A stretch of 64,000 bases of DNA from Rhynchobatus australiae (taxonomy: Eukaryota): positions 25,163,547 to 25,227,546 of the forward strand of contig JAUZTB010000062.1 of NCBI GenBank assembly GCA_034780895.1, given 5' to 3'. Each line of letters opens with the position of its first letter. The first letter of the stretch is position 1. The notes under the pieces are model-generated. The model did not search any database, was not told the origin of the DNA, and worked only from the letters and a program-made list of their open reading frames with translations. This document shows positions 11,401-23,395 of the stretch, piece by piece. A program made the position numbers and the translations under genes.

Positions 11401-12394
11401 GTTACTCTTCATGTTTAATTTTGAAGGAAGTTGATTGCAAGTGCCAACAGTTGGTTAAAGAGTAGGAAAAGCAGTGTGGGAGTGAAGAATAATAGTATTG
11501 GAATAGAAGGTAGTTTCTAGTTTGACAGCAAGCTGTTTTAATTCAAGTTACAAAGAAGTTGTACAATCAGGAGAGATACAACTTTTCAATCAGTGTGGGA
11601 ACAGTGGCAAAAAAGAGGCTCATGGCAATTTCTTCAGCAGTTGTCAAGAGTGCACCGGTTCATCTGCTCCCAAGTAGGCAAAATGCCTAACGAAGAAGAA
11701 ATAGCTCAGTGCTAAATGCTGCCTGCCCACAAACACAACATGCAACATTTCTGTATGAGTACCAATGTTTCAAAACCATTTTTATTAAAAACTGGACTTT
11801 CCTTCTTGGTAATATCGACCAGTTTTTAAATAGATGGGTGTAAAAATTCCATTGTGCTTCAAGACATGTATTAAAGTGGTGCTATAAGTGCATTCCTTTC
11901 ACAGAATTAACCTTGTTTGCCACCAGGTACATTATGAACCAGCTTGGAAACACAAATTGATGCAGATGGATCTGCATGAAGCTTAAGTGCAGACATTTTC
12001 CATAACCTGAGCAGCTTGCTACTGACTGCAAAATATGGGCAGATTTATATTTTACCTGTTTTCTTTTCTTCAAATCTCCCCCTCTCTCTGTATTGTTCTT
12101 TCTCTACATATCATTTGCATTACTGTTATAACTTTACAAATTAAAAAAAAATAAATGAGATTAGGTACTATTGTTTCACATTACCAAATAGCTCTTAGCT
12201 CTGCAAATATATGAAAAAATAATTCATATTATGTTTTTTTTACTGTAGAAGAGGTTATTGATATAGTAAATGAAATAAAGTCATTTAATATCTGTAAAAC
12301 TGCAAATAATTTTGCCCTTGGCCAAGAGGCCAAAGTTGATATCTGCAGAATTTTCTCCATAGATTGTTTTGGGTGGCATATTAGAGAGGTTAGT

Positions 12395-12597
12395 CAGGCA
12401 GCATCTATGGAGGGAAATGGATGGTCAATGTTTTGGGTCTAGACTCTTTATCTAGACTGTTTCATCAGTTTAAACAAAGGGTCTGGACCCGAAACATCAT
12501 CTGTCCATTTCCCTCCATAGACGCTGCCTGACCTGCTGAGTTCCTCGCGCTTTGTGTGTTGCTCCAGGTTCCAGCATCTGCAGTCTCTTGTGTCTCC
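12395..12597. mobile_element. Fold-back Penelope-like short insertion with about 15-bp TSD
   Basis: attagagaggttagt (12380-12394) and attagagagtttggt (12598-12612). Inverted arms caggcagcatctatggagggaaatgga / tccatttcccctccatagacgctgcctg. Retains gggtctggaccc-GAAAC. Confidence 0.8.
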
Positions 12598-12650
12598 ATT
12601 AGAGAGTTTGGTAAACCTTTGGTATAAGGTTAATCCATGGACTCAACAAC

Positions 12651-12698
12651 TGTGTTTTTGTTCATTTATTCTTTTGTGTTTTTGTTCATTTATTCTTT
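12651..12698 (+). repeat. Perfect 24-bp tandem duplication
   Basis: tgtgtttttgttcatttattcttt occurs twice. Confidence 0.95.
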
Positions 12699-13239
12699 CA
12701 TTAAATATGGTTGCCTCTGGGTAAGGCAACATTTTTTATCTCTAGTTGCCATTTTGAAGATGGAAGCAAGCTTCCTTTAAGATTTCAAAATAATTTTTCA
12801 TATATATTTGTGAAAATCTATGAAGTTAAGCAAATCCTTGATGGCTTTTGCTTTGTACTTGGCCCCCTGTGCTGGCTCTACAGCTGTAAGTTCTTTCTGC
12901 AGCCCCTTAAATCTACTCCAGGCTTTGTTGCCATATCTATTTCACAAGGTCCGACACTCTACCAGCAGCAAGTAGGCCTCAGGAGGCTGATCCATTTAGA
13001 CAGCAAGCTTTTAAATAGCTTTAATGTTTATAGATTTAAAATTACTTGAAACAAATTAGATTAATTAAAGCAAAATTATAAAAGTTTATCCAAAGTAACT
13101 TCATTGTTATAAATTACTTAAAATCAGTTATAAGTAAATAAAAAGCAACAAACCACTTACTTGCAATTAGATTTTCAAACCAGAGTGCTGACCCCATTGA
13201 AATGAATCGGATGTTAGATTTCTATGTGTTCCTTACAAT

Positions 13240-13555
13240 AGTGAAGGTGATTCAGCCCATTGAGCCTATGCCAGCTCTCAATGTAACCCTGTCAATCTTA
13301 TTTCCCCACTCAGTTCATTCTCTTTTTCATGTTCATCAAATCCCCAATTCTCCAAACACACATTCACTCCAGAACTCTCACAGTAGCCATTTAACCTACC
13401 AATAAGGAAATGGGATGCAGGAGGAAACCAGAGCGCCTGGGGGAAATCCATGCAGACACAGGGAGAATGTGCAATCTCCTCAAAGCCAGTCCCCAAGGTC
13501 AAGACTGAACAAGGCTCCCTGAAGCTGAGAGTCAATAACATTAGCTGCTGTGCAT
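13240..13555 (-). mobile_element. V-SINE (HE1-like)
   Basis: Reverse V-domain ggaggaaaccagagcgcctgggggaaatccatgcagacacagggagaatgtgcaatctcc and CR1-type tail ttcagcccattgag. Confidence 0.85.
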
Positions 13556-14609
13556 GTGTGTTACGTACAGCAGCAATGGCTGGTGTAAAGCTGAGGGATG
13601 CAGAGGGCACCTGCCCCCNNNNNNNNNNNNNNNNNNNNNNNNNNNNNNNNNNNNNNNNNNNNNNNNNNNNNNNNNNNNNNNNNNNNNNNNNNNNNNNNNN
13701 NNNNNNNNNNNNNNNNNNNNNNNNNNNNNNNNNNNNNNNNNNNNGAAGAGCACTTTGCCAGTGGTGTTCAGGTGAAAAGTAAAGACATTTCAACCCGGTA
13801 TTTTCCGTGCAGGTAGGTAAGTGAATTTGTTCCCTCACAATTTGTGCTTCCATAAGTGAACCAATTTCAGGGTGTAATGTGGAGCTCTTTACTCTTCTCA
13901 TAATGCAGCCATTATATTGAAAGACAAGAAATATGTAATTTAGATTGATCTTTTCAAATTTGCTTCCTTTCTCTATTAAATATTTATGCAGCAGTACTTA
14001 ATGTATTTTAGTAGACTTTTTTGGCAAAATGTTTTGCCTTCAAACTTGAATAATAGTCCAGTTCTTCAGGGAGTGATTGTCTTTTTATATGAACAATTGA
14101 TTTCGACTACAGAGTTTTAAAAAAAAGTAAAGATTTGGAATTCATTTCAAATCATAAAGATACCACTTTGACATTTGGCATTGTTTCAGTGTCATGCATG
14201 TCGCTTGCAATGAATAATACCTTTAATATCATTTATTTTGGTAAAGCAGTTTGGATAGCCTTCTCAAGTTTATGCTTAATCTCGAGCAAAGACTGAAGTT
14301 GTGGTTACCTTAGCTGCTCTTATAATAGTTTCCATCTGCTGAGTTCATGTTCTCAGTAAACTTTAATGGTGTAACAGACTGAAGGAGAGTATCTGGCTTA
14401 TAAATGACAGAATCTCATAACTTATAGGAAAGGCCAGTCCAGCTCACAGTTCTAACAGTTCTCGACGTTAGAGATACAGTTACTGTGTCTGAAATATGTG
14501 TACTTGAATCTATCTAAAAATACTGCTGTCTAATGAACTCAAGACCACATTTTTTCTTGGAATGAATTCCCCAATAGGTTAATGGAAGAATACACCACTG
14601 GAATTAGTT

Positions 14610-14900
14610 ATTTGAAATAAAAAAAAGATGTGCATTGATCTAGAACCCAGAGCACTTTACAGTAAATTAAGTCTTTCAGAAGTGCCACCACCGCTGTGAT
14701 GTGGAATACATGGCAGCAAATTTGCATGCAGCTAGGTCCCACAAGCAGCAAAGTGGTAAATTGTTTTGTGATGTTGGTTGTGGATAAATGTTGGCCTGCG
14801 CACCAGAAGAGTTCCCAGCTCTCTTTCCAATTCATCTGAGGGGGGATATAAGGCCTTGTTTCAATGGCGTGAGATTTGCGATCAGTGTCACTGCTTGGAC
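14610..14900 (-). mobile_element. Deu-domain SINE (SacSINE1-like)
   Basis: agcactttacag...atggcagcaaatttgcatgcagctaggtcccacaagcagcaa...gtgatgttggttgtggataaatgttggcc follows the recalled reverse DeuSINE consensus. Confidence 0.7.
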
Positions 14901-16267
14901 AGAGCTGATCACAGAGACCCTGCATTGCTTTTGGTGTGCATGACTCCTTTCCAACCCCAGTCACAGACAGCCACTAGTCCCCACTGCACAGCAAATGTGA
15001 TCATCAACTTGGCTGAGCAGCCATTCATGTTAAGGATACTGTGGGAGAGCAGTCCAACATGCAGTTTTAAGATCCAATTTTAAGATGCAGGACAGAAATA
15101 ATGTTCATCATTGAAACTTCCTCTGTCATCACAACCCAAATTCTGGTCCAGTATCTCATCTGAAACCTGGCACTCTCTCACACTTGCTCTGGATTGTCAC
15201 CCTGGCTCAGTTTATGCTTGAAAAGGAAATAAAGTTGTTTAGCTACAGAGAACAAAAATTCTTCTTTGAGACTAAGAACACTCTTGAAGTCTTGGGTAGT
15301 CTAATTTGGTGTTCAGATACAGGCATTTGAAGTAAAAAAAAAGATACAGCTATGCTGAATGCTTCCAGCTGATTCTGAATCTCAGGACAACAAAAGTAAT
15401 CAAAATTTCGTTCTTTGCACAAAGTGTAACTTGAACTCATGGAGATTCTCTTAGGTACTTCATCTGAAGAAAAGTATGTTATGTTACAGATGTTTACTGA
15501 AGGTTGTAATGCACACAGCAGGTGAGGAAGGAGCAGCCTGGGGTGCAACAATCCCTCACCTGGGATCTTTGTCCACGGTTTCTGCCTGCTTGGAGTTACC
15601 TGGGATTGGTGCAGAGGGACAATCTCATTGACCATGTGCAGGCTCATCCCAGGTAATGGACGGGTTCCGTTTTTAAGTTGATTTTGTCCATAAGTTGGAA
15701 ACTATGCAAAAATTACTTGATATGGTAACCATACCTCCACAATATTGCAATGAATGGCATCAAGAACACATGAGACAGATAAGAAAAAAAACAATTACCA
15801 GAAGTGAGAGGTTGGGGAAACCAGTTTTGCCTTTCATAGATACAGATATTTCTATGTTTGTCAACATCAGAATTTAATAATATTATGGAAGTTTGCTTGT
15901 GTATGTGGTTGTCAGTAAGTCAGCCATTCTTAACCCAGGGATGGCCTGTACACAGTTGAGTGAGACAGCGAGGCCCAGATGCTGACAAGCCTCATATTAT
16001 TTAATAGATACACCCCATCCATGGAACAACCCTGACAGGTTGTGACAGAATGAAATCTCCAGGCAATGCTCTATCTCCAGCCCTCGCCATGACTGACTTC
16101 TGTCAATGTCTCTGACAGTTGGAGACATAAAAATAATTAAAATTTTAGTAAAAAAGATAGAATAATATCAATTATCTTGTAGAAATAACAATGAAGTTAA
16201 TTAAAACACATAAAACTAACAACATTAAAGTAGAAAAATTACAAGAAAACTTTTGCTCCCCTTTAAT

Positions 16268-16440
16268 AAAACAGAAAGTGCTAAAGATACCCAGCAGATC
16301 AGGCAGAATCTGTGGAGACAAAAAAAGTAAACATTTCAGACCATTATCCTTTCACCAGAATTCTCACTACAGGATGCTCCCTGACCTGCAGTGTATTCCA
16401 AAATGTTCTGTTTTTATTTCCAATGTCCAGCATTAGCAAT
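16268..16440. mobile_element. Older-subfamily fold-back Penelope-like remnant
   Basis: aaaacagaaagtgctaaagatacccagcagatcaggcagaatctgtgg versus caggatgctccctgacctgcagtgtattccaaaatgttctgtttttatt. Confidence 0.7.
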
Positions 16441-16499
16441 TTAAAAAAAAATTCAGTTATCTTTCCCTTTGCCTTGTCTTTCCCACTGCAAGCTACAGT

Positions 16500-17660
16500 C
16501 AGGTAACTCCAGAGGCATGAGAGAGGAACTGGCCAAAGTTGATTGGAAGGGTGCCCTAGCAGGGCTGACAGTGGAGCAGGAGTTTAAAACTTTAACACTT
16601 TAAACAAACTTTATAGAACTTTATTTATACAGCACAGTAACAGACCCTTTCAGCCCAACGAGCCCACGTTGCCCAATTACACCCATGTTAACAGACTAAC
16701 CCGTACGTCTTTGGAATGTGAGAGGAAACTGGAGCACCCACACAGTCATGAGGAGAATGTATATACTCCTTATAGACAGTGGTGGGAATTGAACCCTGAT
16801 CGCTGACATTGTAATAACCATAGCTAATCGCTATGCTACCATACCGTACCATTCTGGGAGTAATTCGGAAAACGCAGGATCAGTTCATCCCAAAGAAGAA
16901 GAAGCATTCCAAAGGAGGATGAGGCACTGTGGCTGACAAGGGAAGTCAAAGACAACATAAAAGCAAAAGAAAGGACATACAATTTGCAAAAATTAACAGG
17001 ATTGGGAAGCTTTTAAAAACCAACAGAAGGCAACTAAAAAAGCAATAAGGGGAAGAAAAGATGAAATATGTAGATACGCTAGCCAATAATANNNNNNNNN
17101 NNNNNNNNNNNNNNNNNNNNNNNNNNNNNNNNNNNNNNNNNNNNNNNNNNNNNNNNNNNNNNNNNNNNNNNNNNNNNNNNNNNNNNNNNNNGGGGAAGAA
17201 AAGATGAAATATGTAGATAAGCTAGCCAATAATATAAAAGAAGATACCAAAAGTTTCTTTCAGTTGTATAAAGAGTAAATGAGAGGCAAGAGTGGACATC
17301 GGACTGCTGGAAAATGACACAGGAGAGATATTAATGGGGAACAAAGGAATGGCGAACGAACTGAATAAGTATTTTGCGTCGGTCTTCACTGTGGAAGGCA
17401 CCAGCAACATGCCAGAAATTCGAGAGTGTCAGAGGGCAGAAGTGAGTTACGAAGGAGTGATAGTAGTCACTATTACTGAAGAGAAGGTGCTTGGGAAGCT
17501 GAAAGGTCTGAAGGTAGATAAGTCACATAGGCCAGATGGACTCCACCCTAGGGTTCTGAAAGAGGGAGCTGAAGAGATTGTGGAGGCATTAGTAGTGATC
17601 TTTCAAGAATCACTAGATTCAGGAATGGTTCTGGAGGGCTGGAAAATCACTCTCCTCTTG
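16500..17660 (+). mobile_element. CR1-clade LINE ORF2 internal fragment (between endonuclease and RT), interrupted by a SINE and an N gap
   Basis: ORF 17292-17696: GNKGMANELNKYFASVFTVE...LKGLKVDKSHRPDGLHPRVLKEGAEEIVEALVVIFQESLDSGMV. Confidence 0.95.
16600..16850 (-). mobile_element. V-SINE inserted in the CR1
   Basis: Reverse complement of the 29256 element: B box gaattgaacc, A box gctaatcgctatgctacca, V-domain gaggaaactggagcaccc. Confidence 0.9.
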
Positions 17661-19915
17661 AAGAAGTGGATCTGGATCAGTGTGATCTGGATGTAATGAT
17701 TGCTGATGCCAGGTGCTAGAAGTGGGAGCAGCTATTTCCACTAAAGTCACTTCTCTCACTTCCCTGAGTGACAAAATCAGCATTTTAATATTCTTTCTAG
17801 AGGAGCAGATCCAATTCTAAACTTGTCCTTAATTAATAATTGTTAAGAGAGGTTCTTTCCTTTATGTAGGTTGATATTTGCTTCTTGGCAGGCACTGCAA
17901 GAATATGTCTGTCATACATTGTCTTTCTTACATAAAACTTCTGAATTAAACTTTGATATGTACATGGGTAGAATGCCAACACTTATCAAAAAGTTCTACT
18001 GCTATTGTTGATGTATGGTTCGCTTTCTCTCTAATAATTAGCATTTGGTTGAATGCCCATACTTATGGTTAAACTTTAGTATTCCCAGGTCAATCACAGG
18101 GCTCAAGCATAAATTTAAATTGGTTTATGCTCCTATCAGAGGTGTGCACATCATCAGTACTGCACTGCTTCCTTGACCATTAAAAGAACATTGTCTTCCT
18201 TCCATTACTTCCTATTCCTCCTGTGCACTTAAAGATATGTTTGACTTCAGAGCCCATGAGATCTTTTGGCATCAGGTCAAACATGGGCAAGGGAATCTCT
18301 TGATTATCACTTACTATCCTCCTTCAGTCTATGTATCAGCACTCATCACAACACTTGGAAAGTAGCAAAGGTATGCAATATATTCTCAAGGGGAGTCTTC
18401 AACGTCCATCACCTTATTAATAGCCACAGCTCTGCCCAAGCTGGCCAGTATCTGAAGACATGGCTGCCAGGTTGGGTATGAAACCAGTAGTGAGAGATAA
18501 CAAGGGACAAACCAAACTTACCATTCACCTCGGGTAAATGTATCTATCCCTGACAGCTTTGGTAGAGGTGACCATTGTGGAGATAAAGTAGTGTCTTCAT
18601 GGTCACCCTCCATTGTGTCGTGAGACACCACAGTCACGCTGAGTGGGATTAATTCAGAACTGATCTGGCAGCTCAAAACTGGGCATCCATGAGGTGCTGT
18701 GGACTTATCAACAGCATCAGAAATGTACACCACATCAATCTGTGGCCTGACATAGCCCTCTCTCTACCATTACTTGTAAAGCCAGGGGATTAAACCTGAT
18801 TCACTGAGAAGTGCCGAAGAGAAGCAACACAAAATTTACCTGAGAATGAGGAGTTAAGCTGTAGCAGAGGAAATAATGGGTGATAAACAGCAAAAACAGC
18901 ATGGAATAGACAGAACTGAGTGATCTCACAGCCAACAGACTGGAATATCCACATTCTCTATGCAGGGCCCAACTTGTGAGGGCCAAAGGCAAGGCTAGAG
19001 CCTTCACAGTCATGTTCAGTCAAGATGATGCTCCACCTCAGCTTCTTCCTGAAATCCGTACTGTCACAGAAATCAGTCTTCAGCCATATCAACTCCATGT
19101 AATTTCAAGAAATGGCAGAACGCTCTGGATACAGGAAAGGTTATGGGACCAGACAACATTTCAGCTATTGTACTAAATAAAGCACTCCAGAACTAGTTGC
19201 ACCTCTAGCTAAGCTATTCTAGTGCTGTAGCAACTCTAGCACCTACTTAAAAATATGGAAAAAATGCAGGGCAAATCAGTCTGGCTAATTACTGCCCAAC
19301 CAGAATGGTCTTAATCACGTGATGGAAGGTATTGTCATCAATGCTGTCAGGCAGAACTTGCTGATAACCCGCTCACTGATGTGCAGTTGGATTTCTCCGG
19401 TGTCACTGGGTTCCAGAGCTTTTCGCAGCCTTTGTCCAAATATGGATCAAAAAGCTGAATTCAAAGGATGAGACCAGAGTGACTGTNNNNNNNNNNNNNN
19501 NNNNNNNNNNNNNNNNNNNNNNNNNNNNNNNNNNNNNNNNNNNNNNNNNNNNNNNNNNNNNNNNNNNNNNNNNNNNNNNNNNNNNNGTGACTGTCCTTGA
19601 CATCAAGGCGGCATTTTGACCAGGCATCGAGGAGCCCTGGTAAAATTTATGATAATGGGCTTCATGGGGAAAACATTCCATTGGCTGGAGTCATATCTCA
19701 CATGAGAGCAGATGGTTGTGGATATTAGAGTTCAATCATCCTCGCCTGTGGATGTCGCTGAAGGTGTTCTTCAGAGCTGTGTCCCAGACCCAAACTTCTT
19801 CATTATGGAGTTCAGAAGTGAGAATGATTGCTGATGCTTGCAAATGTTAAATTCTATCTATAGCTTCCCAACAAAGAAATAGTCCATGTCTGAATGCAGC
19901 AAGTTCTGGACAGTG

Positions 19916-19988
19916 GGTCGACCCATTGAGTTCCTCCAGCTGATTGTTCGTTGCTCCAGATTCCAGCATCTGCAGTCTCTTGTGTCTC
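19916..19988 (+). mobile_element. 5'-truncated copy of the Penelope-like short element with 16-bp TSD
   Basis: caagttctggacagtg (19900-19915) and caagttctagtcagtg (19989-20004); same 3' end ccagcatctgcagtctcttgtgtctc(c). Confidence 0.8.
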
Positions 19989-20534
19989 CAAGTTCTAGTC
20001 AGTGTTCAGGCAGAAGTGGCTGGTATAATTTGGACTATAAAAAGTGTCAGAAAATGACCATCAACAACAAGAGGGAATCTAATTGGTTCCCCTTGACATT
20101 TAATGGCATTACCATCACTGTGTCCACCCTCATCAATATTGCAGGATCACCATTATCCAGAAACTCAATGGAACCGATCACAAAAGTTCTGTGGCTGGTT
20201 GGCAGGTCAGAGATGGGACATCCTGTGGTGAGTGACTTACCTTTTAAAACCCCAGTGCCAAGTTAGAAGAGTGCAATTGGATAATCCTGCATGCCTGGAT
20301 GAAGGCAGCTCAAGAAGCTCAACCTTCAGAATCAAGCAGCCTATTGACTGGTACCCCATCTACCATCCAAAACATCACTCCCAACGCCATAAGTCTACAG
20401 TGGCTACAATGTGTTCCTTTACAAAATGCAGTGCAGTTACTCACCCCAGACTGCTCTGATAGCAATTTACAAAGCTGCAATATGCCCAATCAAGAACGAC
20501 AGGGGCTTCAGGTATGTTGGTATACCACCACTTG

Positions 20535-20995
20535 TGGGCTGACCTATGTCTCATCCCCCGCTCCCCCAACCACCGCCCCTTCCTCCTGAGAAGGCAGAGT
20601 GAAGAGAGAGCGAACCATGTCGGGCGCAGTGGTAGCGAGCAGCAGGGAGAAGCACGGGGCAGCAGGATGATCTGGAATGGACCTGGTAAACTGAGTGTGG
20701 ACCCAGCAGGGTGGAGCTCAGTCTGACCTGAAAGGGCGGTGGCCCATTGGACGGTGTAGTGTGAACCAGGGATGGACAGGACAAAGGGCAACTAACCCAG
20801 GGATGCACAGTGGTAATCAGCTGCAGGGTGAAGCAGGGTGATTGGAAGTGGTCCACGAAACACCAAGAGGGAGTGGACCCAGCTGGGTGAAGCAGAAACG
20901 ATGCAGATAAATAGGACTAGTGCAGATAGTACAAGTGTGGTATGGATGTGGCGGGCCGAAGGGCCTGTTTCTGTGCTGTACGACTCTCTCTGACT
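20535..20995 (+). mobile_element. Chimeric insertion: about 360 bp GC-rich segment fused to a CR1 3' tail
   Basis: Interrupts the host LINE between accaccacttgt and ccatcctggcttgg; ends with gggccgaagggcctgtttctgtgctgtacgactct. Confidence 0.6.
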
Positions 20996-21299
20996 CCATC
21001 CTGGCTTGGAAACATAAATCTCTCACCAGCAGTACTGCAGGAGCACCTTCACCAGAACTCCAATGGTCCATGAAGGCAAATCGCCATCACCTCCAGGTGT
21101 CAATACGGATGGGCAATAAGTGTTGGTCTTTACAGTGATACTCAGATCCCAAAAAATTAAAGATTATAAAAATAATTTTGTTTCCAAAAGTATCATTTCT
21201 TTGATATCTGTGTGTTAAGACTCAGTATATTGATGGTTATGTATTTACAGCAAGAATGGTGTGCTGTATCATATCATCAGTTATATCAGTCTATTCATC

Positions 21300-21660
21300 G
21301 GAACAGAGGAAGTTCATTCAGCCACATGACCCTGCTCCATTATTCATTTAGATGATAGTTTATCCTCAGCTCCGTTCCATACATACCTTCTCCATAAATA
21401 CCTTCTTACCCTTACCTGATGAAATGTCATCACTTTTGACGTTTTAAACTGAACTAGCCTCAAAAGCTTTTAGGAGAGGCATCTCCATATTTTCATTACG
21501 CTGACTGAAAATGTGCTTTTTGACATTACCTTTAATTGGTGTAGCTCAAACACTACAGAATTGTCCCCCCTCCTTCTGAATTCCCCAACAGACGCAGCAG
21601 ACCTTAACAAATCTACCTTCACAGACCTTAATAGATCTACCTTAACAAATCCCTTATTAA
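21300..21660 (-). mobile_element. Old CR1 3' fragment with internal 24-bp imperfect tandem repeat (about 21598-21650)
   Basis: ccattcagcc-type tail remnant; cagaccttaacaaatctaccttca followed by cagaccttaatagatctaccttaa. Confidence 0.65.
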
Positions 21661-22834
21661 AAGCAATATGCAATTGCAGGAGAAATTTGCCCACAGGTAG
21701 GCATTGTTAAACACATAGTACAGGAGTATCTGTGTCCCTCAAATCTGATTTGTTTGAAGTCACTGGGTGACTCACCTTGGACTCCTGGTTTGCCAACACT
21801 TACACTTTCCAGATGTGGAGGGCTGATCTCACTGACCATTCGCGTCCAACAAGCAAGGCAGAATTAAAAGCTTTTGGCAGTTCTCAATGTCTCTGAAAGT
21901 CAGAAGTATTTAAAAACTATTAAGGTAGATATAAATAATTTTAAAAAATAATACATTTAATTAAAACCCGACAAGACACTAACAATCAGAAGCTCAAAAG
22001 TATTTGCCTTTGGTATGCCAGTCTCTCCCAGATTAATACAGACGTTAAATAGAGAAATGGAAATAATGGAGTTTCTCTGACTCCTATATCATATGGACAA
22101 ATGAGAAACATGAGGTTAAAATGCAGGGTTCATCCAGATCCTTTTGTTAGCCCCACACTGCTCCATTACAGGATTCAGTGGTGAGCCCCATGGCAGATGC
22201 ATTGACACCTGATCCGAGCATGTCCTGGAATTTTGCATTTGATAGCATTTACATGGAAGTCTAAGACTGCCTGAAGTGCAAGTGGTTGACAGTTGGCCAT
22301 TCTCTTCAGCCAGCATAATTTGACCCTGTGGAACTGTATTTTGGCAGCATGATGAAGGAAAGATCTGCAGATGCATCCAAGGATAATTTTCCAAGCATGA
22401 GTTCATTCAGTTTATCCTGCTGTTGCAATAGTTTAAAACACATACATATGATTTGTTTTGGTGCTTTCTCTTTTGCTAAGCCATTCACTAGATTTAAGGA
22501 GCGCCAGAGGGAAAAACAAACAAGCCCTTTGGAGAATTTGGCTTTGTGTAGAACTGCAACAGATTTATGAATGAGATCTGGAATGTTGTGTACTGTTGTT
22601 GACTGCATATCCTTCTGCAATATTGCCAGTTCAATACAAGCTAAACAAGTCAGAATAAATACAGAATCATACCTGACACTTGGTCTAATGTGAAATTATT
22701 CTGATTATTTTATAAACCATGGTAGCAGAGCAGATCTGAGAGACTAAATTTGTAAAGAGAATAAACTAATAACTCACTTTAGCTTAAGTTTGACTTGAGA
22801 ATTGAATGTTTGGAGCTGGAAGCAGGAATAGGAA

Positions 22835-23395
22835 TAGACTTGGTGAGGCCGCACTTGGAACATTACATTTAGTTCAGTACCCACATTATAGGAAGGATAA
22901 GATTAAGTTGGAGAGAGTGCAGAAAAGATTCACACGGCTGTTGCCAGGAATGGAGGGATTAAGTTATAAAGAGAAACTGGACAGGCTGGGACCATTTTTT
23001 TCTGGAGCAAAGCAGGCTGAAGGGTGACCTTTTGGGGGGTTTATAAAATTACGTGAGGGATGGGTAAGTTGAATTGTCAGAGTCTTTCTCCCAGGGGAGG
23101 GGAGTCTAAAACTAGAGGGTATTGGTTTAAGGTGAGAGGGGAAAAATTAAAAACAGAATTGAGAAGCAAGTTTTTCCACACAGTGGGTGGTAGATATAGG
23201 GAACAAACTGCTGGAAGAAGTGGTAGGGGTGGGTACAATTATAGCATTTAAAAGACTGGTACATGGATAGAAAGGTTTAGAGGGATATGGGCCAAATGCA
23301 GTCCAATAGGAGCAGCTCAGGAAGACACCTTGGTTGGCATGAATGAGTTGGGCTGAAGGGCCTGTTTCTGTGCTGTATAACTCTATGACTTTGAC
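22835..23395 (+). mobile_element. CR1-clade LINE 3' end
   Basis: PHYRKDKIKLERVQKRFTRLLPGMEGLSYKEKLDRLG and SKTRGYWFKVRGEKLK; tail gggctgaagggcctgtttctgtgctgtataactctatga. Confidence 0.95.

Larger units (their letters stand above)
18430..21165 (+). mobile_element. Long degenerate non-LTR retrotransposon (CR1/Jockey group) ORF2 and 3' end, with nested insertions
   Basis: About 19105-19220 reads KKWQNALDTGKVMGPDNISAIVL...PELVAPLAKLF; gtccttgacatcaaggcggcattttgac resembles LDIKAAFD; 3' tail ggatgggcaataagtgttggtc...atcccaaaaaattaaa. Confidence 0.85.

Noticed and set aside
13450-13901. Long ORFs (up to 207 aa) spanning the gap at 13619-13743
   Set aside because: Length is inflated by Ns and the ORFs overlap a V-SINE.
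17292-17696. 134-aa ORF as a host gene (likewise 56044-56520, 329-625, 22806-23027)
   Set aside because: These are CR1 ORF2 fragments with neighbouring stops and frameshifts.
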